From an uncultured Armatimonadetes bacterium (GTDB taxonomy: Bacteria; Armatimonadota; Hebobacteria; Hebobacterales; Hebobacteraceae), in the NCBI GenBank assembly GCA_963716175.1, contig OY970296.1, positions 960,001-1,024,000 on the forward strand: DNA of 64,000 nucleotides. Reading direction: 5' to 3'. Each line of letters begins with the position of its first letter. Positions within the stretch are counted from its first letter, which is position 1. Below, piece after piece: positions 37,080 to 46,198 of this stretch. The notes below the pieces were generated by a model. It worked only from the letters and a program-made list of their open reading frames with translations. It did no database searches and was not told where the DNA came from. The position numbers were made by a program, and so were the translations under genes.

Positions 37080-37365
37080 CGCCGCCCTCCGCCTCTGCTC
37101 GCAATCGCTTGATCAGCTCGATTGTCTCAGGCTTGCCCGGAAACGAGAGGGCATCCGGCCCGCACGTCTTCGCGCAGGCGCGACAGAAGACGACGCAGTG
37201 CTCGGGGTGGGCGACGACCAGCTTGACCTCGCCCTCTCGCCGTTCGTACACCTGGTGCGGGCAGAACTTGTCGCACTCCATGCAGAAGTCGCACTTGCTG
37301 TAGTCAATGGTCGGGGACCAGGCGATCTCCTCCCTGGGGACGCCCATGAAGGTCTCGTCGCTCAT
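37072..37365 (-). CDS. 2x[4Fe-4S] ferredoxin
   Basis: CDFCMECDKFCP and CVVFCRACAKTCG. Confidence 0.9.
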   Translation of the reverse strand: MSDETFMGVPREEIAWSPTIDYSKCDFCMECDKFCPHQVYERREGEVKLVVAHPEHCVVFCRACAKTCGPDALSFPGKPETIELIKRLRAEAEGGDG

Positions 37366-37733
37366 GCCGACTGCTCCTGCGCGGCCAGCGCATCGGCGAC
37401 CTTCTTCACCGCCTCATCGGTGGTCATGTCCCGGATGTCCAGCGGCACAAGGTCGGCCTTGATATCCATGCCGGCCGCGGCGAAGGCATCCCGGAACATC
37501 TTGTACTGCATGTTCGGCGCACAGCCCGCGACGATAACTCTGCGGTGGGCCTGCAGGAAGTCGGCCAGGAACCGGTCGCCATCCTCCTCGCACAACTGCG
37601 GGTGGATGAAGCCATACTCCACCGGCAGCTCCACCCGCACCCGGTTGATGAAGTCCCAGATATCCATCTTCGCGAACCCCGGACACTTGCCGGTGCACAC
37701 ACACATGATCAAGCCGGGCTTGTTGTTCTCCAC
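37362..37733 (-). CDS. Small protein resembling the HdrA N-terminal Cys domain
   Basis: CVCTGKC, HPQLC, VIVAGCAP...FRDA...GM...LDIR; GGAGG RBS. Confidence 0.65.
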   Translation of the reverse strand: MENNKPGLIMCVCTGKCPGFAKMDIWDFINRVRVELPVEYGFIHPQLCEEDGDRFLADFLQAHRRVIVAGCAPNMQYKMFRDAFAAAGMDIKADLVPLDIRDMTTDEAVKKVADALAAQEQSA

Positions 37734-37746
37734 GATCCGACCTCCC

Positions 37747-37977
37747 TTAGCCAGCGATCAGCTGCTTGATCTCTTCAGGCGAGAGCACTCGCCCGGCCGC
37801 TTTCACCACGCCATCCACCGCCAGTGCGGGAGTGGCGAGGACGCGGAACTTCATGATCTCTTTGATGTCCTCGACCTTCTCGATCTCAACGCCGTCGGTG
37901 CCGGCGACCGCCTGCTCCACATTGGCCAGCAGCTGCTTGCATCGCGGGCAGCCTGTTCCCAGTATCTGCAGCTTCAT
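37747..37977 (-). CDS. Small redox-active disulfide protein (thioredoxin_3 / MTH895 type)
   Basis: MKLQILGTGCPRC...TPALAVDG.VK..GRV. Confidence 0.92.
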   Translation of the reverse strand: MKLQILGTGCPRCKQLLANVEQAVAGTDGVEIEKVEDIKEIMKFRVLATPALAVDGVVKAAGRVLSPEEIKQLIAG

Positions 37978-38029
37978 CGCATGCTCCTCCTCACTGTGAG
38001 ATGCTCGGAACGCGAGGGTGCTCAACGCG

Positions 38030-38350
38030 TCAACGGGCCAACGCGGCCACTCGCTCCTGGGTACGCGCGTTGTTGCGAACCACCGCGTCCGCGCAGTCCA
38101 GGAAGCCCTTGAGGCAGGTGATCTCAAGTCGGTAGAAGACCTTGAGGCCCTGCTTCCGGTCGGATACGATGCCAGCCGCCTTCAGGAGGGCCAGGTGCTT
38201 GGAGACCGTGGACATATCGGAGCCCACGAGCTCCTGCAATTCGCAGACACACCGCTCGCCCTCGCTGAGGGCATCCACCATCACCAGCCGGCTGGGGTGG
38301 GCCAGCGCCTTCAGGATGTGTGCTCGGTACTCGTAGAGCTCTCGGTCCAT
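38030..38350 (-). CDS. ArsR/SmtB family transcriptional repressor
   Basis: KALAHPSRL, GERCVCEL, STVSKHL..LK.AG, C-terminal C....DC. Confidence 0.93.
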   Translation of the reverse strand: MDRELYEYRAHILKALAHPSRLVMVDALSEGERCVCELQELVGSDMSTVSKHLALLKAAGIVSDRKQGLKVFYRLEITCLKGFLDCADAVVRNNARTQERVAALAR

Positions 38351-38366
38351 CGCAGCTATCTCCTTG

Positions 38367-38390
38367 CTAGTTGGTAGTATAGCCAATTAG
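38367..38390. promoter_or_regulatory. Imperfect inverted repeat, candidate ArsR operator
   Basis: ctagttgg-tagtatag-ccaattag, just upstream of the ArsR RBS. Confidence 0.55.
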
Positions 38391-38435
38391 CCACAAAAGT
38401 AAACCCCTGAGGCCCACAAAGCTAGCCCGGTGGGA

Positions 38436-38783
38436 CTAGCGCCCGCCGGTGCGCAAGACGGAGGCGAACTCGTGCGGCAGGTCGGTCGCCTCGATGGCCC
38501 TGGCAGCGGCCTTCACATCGTACGCGACGCGTGGGGAGGTCGCGGTCACATCACCGTCGAGCTCGATCGGGACATAGCAGGCGCGCGGGTCGCCGCCTTT
38601 GGGCTTGCCGACGCTGCCGACATTGATCAGGTGAACTGACCCGATGCGGCGGTGGGAGGGAAGTTGAGTGTGCCCGCACAGGACCACGTCGCCTCCGAGG
38701 TTGGCGAGCATCCTCCCCAAGCTGCGCTCGGGCCAATCCTCGAGAAGGTACTCGTTCAGCCCAGCGAGGACCTCTGCGCTCAT
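38436..38783 (-). pseudogene. C-terminal fragment of a metallophosphoesterase
   Basis: NEYLLED, CGHT, INVGSVGKPKGGDPRACY, RVAYD present; N-terminal DxH and GNHD motifs absent. Confidence 0.7.
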
Positions 38784-39117
38784 TCGGCCCGCAGGGCAAG
38801 GATCAGATCGAGCGCGGTTGTGAAGAAGTAGTCCTGCAGCAGGCAGCTCAACAGGAGCCCAAGCAGTCCGAGCGTGCCGATCACGATCAGGACATACAGG
38901 CTCATCAGGCGGCCGAAGAGGCTGCGGAACCTAAACGTGGTGGGCCACCTCGAACTGGCACCCCCCCCAGGGGCAGCGATCATGCCGATGCTCCTCCGGA
39001 ATCGCAGCCGCGTGGCGTGGCCGTTCGGCGGATCCGCCGCGACGGTCGGGCAGTTGCTGAGTGTGGTCGCTGTTGGCTGGGCGGCGCAAGCGGTGCCCGC
39101 TCCGACCGGCCCCGGTG

Positions 39118-39252
39118 CTACTTCCTCTTCCTGGGGCTGGCGCCCGTCCCGCAGGGATGCCCGGCGTCTTTCCCGTGGCACTTCCTGATCTGCTCCGGAG
39201 AGCAGGTCTTCGGGTCCTTGCCCTTCTCACACTTCTTGGTCGCTGCGCCCAT
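39118..39252 (-). CDS. 44-aa Cys/His/Lys-rich small protein
   Basis: AAGGAGG RBS; MGAATKKCEKGKDPKTCSPEQIRKCHGKDAGHPC...; overlaps the ArsR 3' end. Confidence 0.7.
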   Translation of the reverse strand: MGAATKKCEKGKDPKTCSPEQIRKCHGKDAGHPCGTGASPRKRK

Positions 39253-39628
39253 AGGTGCTGCCTCCTTCGGTAGGGATAGCTGACCCGGGCCGGCCCTGCC
39301 TCGGACACGCGGCCTGCGGACAGCCTGCCGGGGAATCCGAGCAGAGCCTGCCGAGCCAGCCCGAAAGCTCTTCTCGAGCCGCATCGGCTCGTTCTCGGCT
39401 GATGCCGTAGTGCACCCAGTAGCCCCGCTTGTCGCCGTTCACCATCCCGGCCTCCCGCAGCACCCGTAGATGCTGAGAAACCGCGGAGGGAGTGACACCA
39501 AGCCGGCGCGCGAGGGCGCCGACGCAGAGGTCGCCCGCCGCCAGGTGCTCGAGGATGCGCAGGCGGGTAGGGTCGCACAATGCTCTGAACAGCTTCACAA
39601 GGTCGCTCACGGACGAGCTCGTAAGCAT
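39227..39628 (-). CDS. ArsR/SmtB family transcriptional repressor (second copy)
   Basis: FRALCDPTRLRIL, LCVGALA, SAVSQHLRVLREAG, KRGYWVHY. Confidence 0.9.
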   Translation of the reverse strand: MLTSSSVSDLVKLFRALCDPTRLRILEHLAAGDLCVGALARRLGVTPSAVSQHLRVLREAGMVNGDKRGYWVHYGISRERADAAREELSGWLGRLCSDSPAGCPQAACPRQGRPGSAIPTEGGSTYGRSDQEV

Positions 39629-39636
39629 TTCCGCAG

Positions 39637-39665
39637 ATACTAACATACTCTCGCGAATGCGTCAA
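39637..39665 (-). promoter_or_regulatory. Sigma70 promoter overlapping an operator-like inverted repeat; probably a (near-)leaderless mRNA
   Basis: TTGACG-17 nt-TAGTAT ending 8 nt before the ATG at 39628; imperfect IR gtaagcattt/agatactaac. Confidence 0.6.
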
Positions 39666-39802
39666 CCAGTGGCGCGCGGGCACATCGGGGATCGCCTCCT
39701 GCTGCACCGGAAGGTAAGGAGCCGGGCTCGCACCAGGATGACCCGTCAACCCCACTCGCGGCAGCGCGCCCCGGTATGGCACGCGGATATGACAAGAGCA
39801 GC

Positions 39803-41758
39803 CTAAAGCGGAACCCCGAACACCATCGAGAGACCGCAGCGGAATATCGAGATGCTGGCAGAGCCCACGATCAGGCCCAGGAAGAACCCAAGCGCCTTGC
39901 GATGAGCGCGCAGGCCCCCGTAGCGCAGGAGCAGGGACTTGACCATCCAGGTTAGGGCCAGTGCCGGCAGCATGTCGTCTACCACCATGTCATACCCGAG
40001 CGGAAAGGCGACCGGATGCAGCGGCCACAGGGGGAACCAGAGCTTAACCGACATGAGCACGACCACCACAACGAACCCGACCCCGATCGCTGCCACACCT
40101 CCCCAGTCAGGCGGAGCCGGCTGGGTGAGCCAGTCCTCCATGGTCCGGATGACGCGGCGAGCATGGAAGATCATAGACTCATGCACCTTCCCACTGCCCA
40201 GCCCCAGATGTGATCCGATTTGCAGGCTGGCCCAGAAGTACGTGAGCACCCCCAATGGCACGATGGCCGCCATCAAGAGGGCCATCCGCCCAGGTTTCAC
40301 CTTGAGCACCTGCGCCATGCGAAGCGCCTCGAGCTGAACCGGGGCCGGATTGGCCGTCTGTTCCCGCAGATAGGGCTGAAGCAGAGCCAGCATGACAAGG
40401 GTACGGGGGGCGAGGGCCTGCGTTCCCGGATACTGAGCGAGAGCGAAGTCGGGCATGGTTCCCCACATCTCATTGCTCGGCGGCCCAAGCTGGGCCCGCA
40501 ATCGGCTGATCATCATCACCATGAGGAAGTATCCGGGGAGGAAGAGCGCGATGATGACCTGCGCCATACCTGCGCGGGCCAAGAACCAAGAGAGGAAGGC
40601 CAGGCCCATCACTGCCCCCAGCAGGGCAGTTCGGTAGCTGAAGGCTTCTTCGCTGTCGTCGGCGTACGACCGCAGGCCCAGTGCCTTGCGGACGACTTGC
40701 AGCAGGTATCGGCGTTCGAGCCATAGGAAGATGCCGCCCAGTGCGAGATACGCCCCCATGACCTGCTGCTCCCCGTAGGGGAATCCGCCCCAGGAGCTGA
40801 CAGACCATCCCAACTGACGGGACGAGATGAGCTCGGCGCGCCAGAACAGGTTGAAGGCAACCAGCGAGAAAGCCAGTTCCAGCGGCATGAGGTAGGCCAG
40901 CCCCAGCTCCCAGGGCCCCCAGTCGAAATGAGGGATGCGGATCGCGTTCCACGGTCTGTTGTTCGTAACCCAGGCCCCGTAGTCGATCCCGGTCGGGATC
41001 AGCGGAACCGCGGGCGCAATGCGAGCAATCGCTTGGTTTGCTCCAATCAGCGCCGAGGCAGCAACCCCGATCCAGAACAGCGGGCTCCGAAGAAGCCCTT
41101 CCTTCTCCTGGCTCATCTGCAGGGGCAGCGTGGTCATGGGGAAGGGCAGCTGCTCCTCCTGAGACCACCTCCGTCGCACGATGACGTTCAGGCAGAGGCT
41201 GACCCACAGCAGCGCGGTGGCCCACGCGGTCCACCACAGTGCTGGCCCCAGCCAGGCGGCCAGCACATACCGCCGATAGGGACTGGCGTCGCCCAGGAAG
41301 AACCCCGCCAGGGCGTCCCGGTCCATGACGAGCAGCCAGCTCGGAAGGTTGGGCAGCAGCAGGTCTTCCCAGCGATTGCCCGGGCTCGCGTTCCAGACAG
41401 GCCAGGCGATCACGCTGGCGACGTTACCACCCCAGTCGTAGACGCTCGCGCAGAGTCCAGTGCTGATCCCCAGGGCCGCGTAGACTGCGATCAGCTCTCC
41501 CGGAGAGAGCACCCAACGGGGCCATCTGCGCTGCAGCAGCCGGTTGATCCCCGCCAGCGCGAACAGGCCAGCGACCGCCGGCGCCACCATGGACACTGCC
41601 GCGACGCCGTAACCGGTCCAGTTCCCTCTCACCACCATGAAGACGTTGACCGGTACGGCGAGGAGACAGATCAGCACTCCGCGTAGCCTGATGCTGAAGA
41701 AGCGGCCCGGATCCCCGGTCTGTGGCGTTCCCTCTCTGCCCATCAGGTCCTGACCCAT
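39803..41758 (-). CDS. DUF6785/DUF6784-type polytopic membrane protein (putative transporter)
   Basis: LSPGEL..VY, LPSWL, W..P.LWW, RRRW...EQLPFP, RLRAQLG, WPLHPV, LRYGGLR. Confidence 0.75.
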   Translation of the reverse strand: MGQDLMGREGTPQTGDPGRFFSIRLRGVLICLLAVPVNVFMVVRGNWTGYGVAAVSMVAPAVAGLFALAGINRLLQRRWPRWVLSPGELIAVYAALGISTGLCASVYDWGGNVASVIAWPVWNASPGNRWEDLLLPNLPSWLLVMDRDALAGFFLGDASPYRRYVLAAWLGPALWWTAWATALLWVSLCLNVIVRRRWSQEEQLPFPMTTLPLQMSQEKEGLLRSPLFWIGVAASALIGANQAIARIAPAVPLIPTGIDYGAWVTNNRPWNAIRIPHFDWGPWELGLAYLMPLELAFSLVAFNLFWRAELISSRQLGWSVSSWGGFPYGEQQVMGAYLALGGIFLWLERRYLLQVVRKALGLRSYADDSEEAFSYRTALLGAVMGLAFLSWFLARAGMAQVIIALFLPGYFLMVMMISRLRAQLGPPSNEMWGTMPDFALAQYPGTQALAPRTLVMLALLQPYLREQTANPAPVQLEALRMAQVLKVKPGRMALLMAAIVPLGVLTYFWASLQIGSHLGLGSGKVHESMIFHARRVIRTMEDWLTQPAPPDWGGVAAIGVGFVVVVVLMSVKLWFPLWPLHPVAFPLGYDMVVDDMLPALALTWMVKSLLLRYGGLRAHRKALGFFLGLIVGSASISIFRCGLSMVFGVPL

Positions 41759-41960
41759 CGTGCCCTGAGCACGGCAAGGCGCACTATAGAGGCAGCAGGG
41801 CACACGCAGCGCGCCAGCCCTGGTCCGGACCTGTCCGGCCTGTATGCCGTAGGTGTCATTCAGGCCATACGCTGGGAAGGACGGGCTTGCGGCCGCCCGT
41901 CCTTCCTTCGCTTACACGGACCAGTCGCCTGCAATTGTCACGTCCGCCTCGGGTGTGCTG

Positions 41961-42998
41961 CTACCAGTCGGGGCAGGCCACCACGTTCGCGTAGCAGTCG
42001 GCGCCCTCAATCGTCCCCGGGTGGTAGGGGCGCCCTTCGCAGGGGCAGTCCTGGTGAGGCACCTCGGCCAGGAAGGCGTTGGCGTTCCACCAGGCGGCGT
42101 GACCATCCGCGAACCCGTAGTTGCCGCCGCCCAGGTGGCGGGTGTACCTGCTGCGGTAGGTGGAGTCAGTCCAGAACTGCTTGAGGTGCGCCGAGTCAAT
42201 GCCGCACTGCTGGCTGAAGGAGCAGTTGACCCAGTCTGCGCAGCCTCCACTCCACTCGCAGCAGACATCCCAGGCGACGCGACACGGGTTCCCCATCTGG
42301 GGCACCTGGCTGTCACCGCAAACCAGGAACTTGACCGGGTCGTTGATCTGGGCGGTCTTCAGGCCGGAGTTGTTGGTTTCGGTCACGCCAATGCTGCCGC
42401 CGAACTGTCCCTCAACTGACTCATAGGCGATGCCCAAGTATGAAACTTCAGTGAACTGAACCGCCGAGTCGGTGACGCTGCCACCCCAGCCGACCGGGAA
42501 GTTGGTCTCGCAGGGATGCTGAAGATATTGCCCGTCCCATCCCGTGAAGGGGTGGTCGGCCATCCAGTGGGCCCAACCGTCCGGGCCGCCTGGATCATAG
42601 GCGATGTCAAAACCCTCCATGTACCTAGCACTCGGGCAGTTCCACACCTCGCGGTTCTTGACGTACTCGTCCAGGATCACAGGCCACCGCAGATAGGGAT
42701 TGGCCTGGGTGGCCCTCTCGATGCAGGGTGCATCGGGGTGGCCACCAATCCAGCTGGTCCTGAGCAGATCTTCCACCCGGTTGTAGGCGTCCTGGCTGAG
42801 ATAGGGTGGAAACCTGTCGTAGTCGGTGAGGTACATCTGGATCGCCATGGCGATGTTCTTCACGTTCGACAGGCACTGGATCTTGCGGGCAGACTCCCGG
42901 GCTCTGGCAAAGACCGGGAACAGCATGGCCGCCAGGATCGCAATAATCGCGATCACTACCAACAGCTCAATCAGGGTGAACCCCTTGCGTCGCATCAC
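41961..42998 (-). CDS. Prepilin-type N-terminal cleavage/methylation protein with DUF1559 and H-X9-DG motif
   Basis: RKGFTLIELLVVIAIIAILAAMLFPVFARARESAR..QCLSNVK; RHLGGGNYGFADGHA. Confidence 0.93.
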   Translation of the reverse strand: MMRRKGFTLIELLVVIAIIAILAAMLFPVFARARESARKIQCLSNVKNIAMAIQMYLTDYDRFPPYLSQDAYNRVEDLLRTSWIGGHPDAPCIERATQANPYLRWPVILDEYVKNREVWNCPSARYMEGFDIAYDPGGPDGWAHWMADHPFTGWDGQYLQHPCETNFPVGWGGSVTDSAVQFTEVSYLGIAYESVEGQFGGSIGVTETNNSGLKTAQINDPVKFLVCGDSQVPQMGNPCRVAWDVCCEWSGGCADWVNCSFSQQCGIDSAHLKQFWTDSTYRSRYTRHLGGGNYGFADGHAAWWNANAFLAEVPHQDCPCEGRPYHPGTIEGADCYANVVACPDW

Positions 42999-43238
42999 GT
43001 TACACCTGCCTTCTCATCGAGAGTGTGCAGCGCTCACCACCGATGCAGGGAACGCCGGCGTCAGTGTCCTCACCTCCTTTCTCAGCCCTACCGGCGCGGG
43101 ATGCTCTGGACCATGTAGAAAGGGCGCGCAGACAATGCGCGCCCGGCTGCAATCTGGACCACGTGGGCCGATGAGAGCAGAACCCAGCCCGATCTGGCCG
43201 GATAAAGGTGCATCGCCTCCCTCCACTGGCCGGCAAAC

Positions 43239-43267
43239 AGCATATGGCGGACAACCCAGGGTGTCAA
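43239..43267 (-). promoter_or_regulatory. Sigma70-type promoter for the prepilin-like gene
   Basis: TTGACA-17 nt-TATGCT on the minus strand. Confidence 0.55.
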
Positions 43268-43636
43268 GGAGGAGGAGTAGCAAACGCTGGTTTGAATCAC
43301 AGAGCGGAGGACGATGCGTTCTCCAATCCCCGCGACAGCACGACGCGGATGCCAGCGCGGGTTTCCTTGCCATCGTGTACTGGCTCGGTCTTGAACGCGC
43401 TTCCTACTCCGCGCACACGGACCAAGACGCCCGAAGTCACCCAAAAAAGCAAGCAATTCCCTTGCTTTCTGCACATCGAACGGACTCGTACAAGTCCGAT
43501 GAGGACGCAGAAGGAGAGGCCGCAAGCAACATCTTCAGGCCGGGAAGAGCTTCCAGATGGCCTCGCTCGTCCGGTGACCACTGAGACCGGGAGCGCCACA
43601 TAGTCGCCACACGCGCCCCGACACTCGTAGGCGGTC

Positions 43637-44569
43637 TCAGTACCGGCCAAGCTCGCGCGCAGTCTCCCACAGCGCCGACATGTTCTCACCAGGTATCCCG
43701 GGAATGGACTGGTCCGGGCTGCAGATGTACCCGCCGCCGGGCTTCAGGATCTCCATGACGCGCGCGACTTCGGCGCGGACATTCTCGGGCGTGCCGAGGG
43801 CGAGCACGCCGGTGTCGATCGCGCCGTGGAGGGCCATGCGGCCGACGGTCTCGGCCTTGATCTTCCGCAGATCGTTGGCGCGCGCCTGAACCGGGTTAAG
43901 CACAGTGACGCCGAGTTGTGCAAGATCGCCGGCGATGGCGTCCACGCAGCCGCAACTGTGGAAGCAGATCATCTTGCCCGCGCGCAGCACGGGCTCAAAG
44001 CAGTAGGCATACTCGGGCAGGAGAAACTCCCGGAACATGGCAGGGGACATCATCAAGGCGCGCTGGCTGCCGAGGTCCTCGCTGAAGCCGATGCCATCCA
44101 CGCCCAGCTCCAGGTAGCGGGCGAAGACCTGGCGGTCAAACTCGGCGATGCTGTGGAGGAACGCGTGCACCCCGGCAGGGTGCGTGACCAGGGAGGCAAG
44201 GAAGTTTTCCATCCCCATCACCGCCCACGCGCGCTCGAACAGCAGGTAGGTCAGTTCGCCGATGACCAGCCTCTCGCCGCGGTCCACGCGGGAGAGCTCG
44301 GCCTTCATGTCATCCGTGAGCGCGAGGTCGGCGGGATTCGGGAACCGGTAGTCGGCCAGGCGGTCGAGCGACGGCAGAGGATTGCCCTTGGGGAATGGCA
44401 CCGTCTCCGGCAGGCCCACCTCCCACCCCACACCCCAGAGATCGGTCCAGTCACCAATGCGCAGGTTGCCCTCGAGCTGAAACGAGTACGAGACCGACTC
44501 GTCCCCAAGGGGGACGTGGTCCGGGTGACCGAAGTGGATCGCCTCCAAGTAGTTCTCTTTCAGGTTCAT
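43637..44569 (-). CDS. Uroporphyrinogen-decarboxylase-family protein
   Basis: D.WGV.W, LFERAW..MGMEN, EDLGSQ, FHSCG, LNPVQ, GGGYI. Confidence 0.88.
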   Translation of the reverse strand: MNLKENYLEAIHFGHPDHVPLGDESVSYSFQLEGNLRIGDWTDLWGVGWEVGLPETVPFPKGNPLPSLDRLADYRFPNPADLALTDDMKAELSRVDRGERLVIGELTYLLFERAWAVMGMENFLASLVTHPAGVHAFLHSIAEFDRQVFARYLELGVDGIGFSEDLGSQRALMMSPAMFREFLLPEYAYCFEPVLRAGKMICFHSCGCVDAIAGDLAQLGVTVLNPVQARANDLRKIKAETVGRMALHGAIDTGVLALGTPENVRAEVARVMEILKPGGGYICSPDQSIPGIPGENMSALWETARELGRY

Positions 44570-44811
44570 CCAGCTCCCTGTCTGCTGCCAGAAAAGCGGT
44601 CCTCGCAGCCCGAGAGCACCGGGCCTCCGGCGGAACGGCCCATCGCACGCCTCCCCGCGAGCGGCAGCAGACTCTCGCAGACTCGTCCGCGGTTGTCAAC
44701 GCACCCTATCTTCAGTTACCATGCGCGGCTGACGTCAGGCCCCGCGGTCATGTCGGCCGAACCAGGGGGCCGAGGCGACACAGAACGCTCAACTGCCTTC
44801 ATACCGGTCGC

Positions 44812-45858
44812 TCAGAAACGCACCGCGAATTTGATGACCTTGCTCGGCTCACGGTCGATCCAGGAGAAGACCCGTGGGCCTTCATCGAGAGAGACGATCG
44901 GCCAGACCAGGTCCGGCAGGGCGAGCCGCCGGGAGCGGAGCAGGCCTACGATCACATCGTAGGCACGTCTCTCATCCCAGCGCGGGAAGTCCCGCGGCGG
45001 ATGCCCGGAGCCGCACCCATGCGGCACCACCATGCTGAGCCGGTTGTGGTGCCACTCATTCCCAAGCCAGATTCTACTGGCCTCGCCCTGGTAGAACCCG
45101 GCCGAGCAGATTGTGCCGCAGAGGCGCGTCGCACGGATCGCGGTGTGCAGACCAGCATAGCTGCCGGACACCTCGATGGCGACATCAACACCCTTGCCGC
45201 CGGTCAGCTTATGGACCTCCAGCGCGGCATCACAGGCGGTCGGATCCAAGACCGCGGTGGCGCCGTGAGCGGCGCACCACTCCCGGCGAGCGGGCAGCGG
45301 ATCAATGGCGAAGACCCCTTCGGCGCCGGCGCCCAGCGCCATGCGCACGGCGACCAGACCGATCGCGCCCAGGCCAACGACGGCCACAGAGTCGCCGTAG
45401 CGGACGTTGGACTCGCGCACCGAATGGAACGCGACATAGGCGGGGTCTATGCAGAGCGCCTCGTCGGGTGGAATGTCGCCCAGTTCATAGAGGCCATTCG
45501 CATCGCAGACGTTCGTTTCACGCACATCCATCCAGCCAAAGACGCGATCGCCCAGCTTCCAGCGAGTCACCCCCTCGCCGAGCTCCACTACCACCCCGAC
45601 GCCGGCGTTCCCGGTGTCCCGGGGCTCGCTGCCTGGAGCAACCCAGGGAGGCGCCGCTTCATCCGGTGTGAAGAGCCGCATCTCCGAATGGAACCGGTAC
45701 CCTTTTGTGGCCGTCCCGCGGAAGGCGGCCATGGTGGTGCCGTGCTTCCCCGAAGCCAGCTCGGTCTTCACCCGCACCTTCCCTGGCTGGAGTGGGGGTT
45801 CGTCGTAATCGCGTATCTCGGCCGTGTGCGGGCCGGTCATCGCAAGTCGTTTCGGCAT
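44812..45858 (-). CDS. Zinc-binding alcohol dehydrogenase family (MDR) protein
   Basis: SGKHGT, VG.V.E.GEGV, GDSVAVVGLGAIG, GVDVAIEVSG. Confidence 0.85.
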   Translation of the reverse strand: MPKRLAMTGPHTAEIRDYDEPPLQPGKVRVKTELASGKHGTTMAAFRGTATKGYRFHSEMRLFTPDEAAPPWVAPGSEPRDTGNAGVGVVVELGEGVTRWKLGDRVFGWMDVRETNVCDANGLYELGDIPPDEALCIDPAYVAFHSVRESNVRYGDSVAVVGLGAIGLVAVRMALGAGAEGVFAIDPLPARREWCAAHGATAVLDPTACDAALEVHKLTGGKGVDVAIEVSGSYAGLHTAIRATRLCGTICSAGFYQGEASRIWLGNEWHHNRLSMVVPHGCGSGHPPRDFPRWDERRAYDVIVGLLRSRRLALPDLVWPIVSLDEGPRVFSWIDREPSKVIKFAVRF

Positions 45859-45920
45859 GATCTTCCTCCTGCGTGGCAGATGGAGAAGAGCAATTCGCTG
45901 GAGGCACCCACGCGCCCTGT

Positions 45921-46024
45921 CTAATGGCGTTCGCACAAAGAAGCTATGTGCGAACGCCGCTCTGGGCCCGTCCGAGCAGTTGCCTGAGCTTCGCCCCCTT
46001 ACTTCCCTGGGCGAAGCGCAGTAG
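45921..46024. mobile_element. 104-bp two-hairpin MITE-like element, family 2, copy B
   Basis: Ungapped match to 10018-10121 with compensatory stem changes. Confidence 0.75.
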
Positions 46025-46198
46025 GGTGAAGCAGGTTCGAAGCGGGAGAGAACGGCCGGACCATCGTTCATCGCGGGGGAGACTTCATCGAAGCCGCCCG
46101 ACTGTGCTTTGGGATCGGGTAAGCCACAGTCGAACGAGGGCACCGCTGCGCCGCCATCTGCCTCCACCTCGGCATCAGGCCAGCCGGCCGCTGAGGTG

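Noticed and set aside
32180-38350. Selenocysteine (UGA) recoding in the thiol-rich operon
   Set aside because: All CxxC and DGC motifs are encoded with Cys, and the UGA codons I checked sit at natural gene ends.
45921-46024. ANTAR-binding dual hairpin downstream of the ANTAR regulator
   Set aside because: The loops are much longer than the hexaloops ANTAR domains bind, and the same element occurs at 10018 away from that system.
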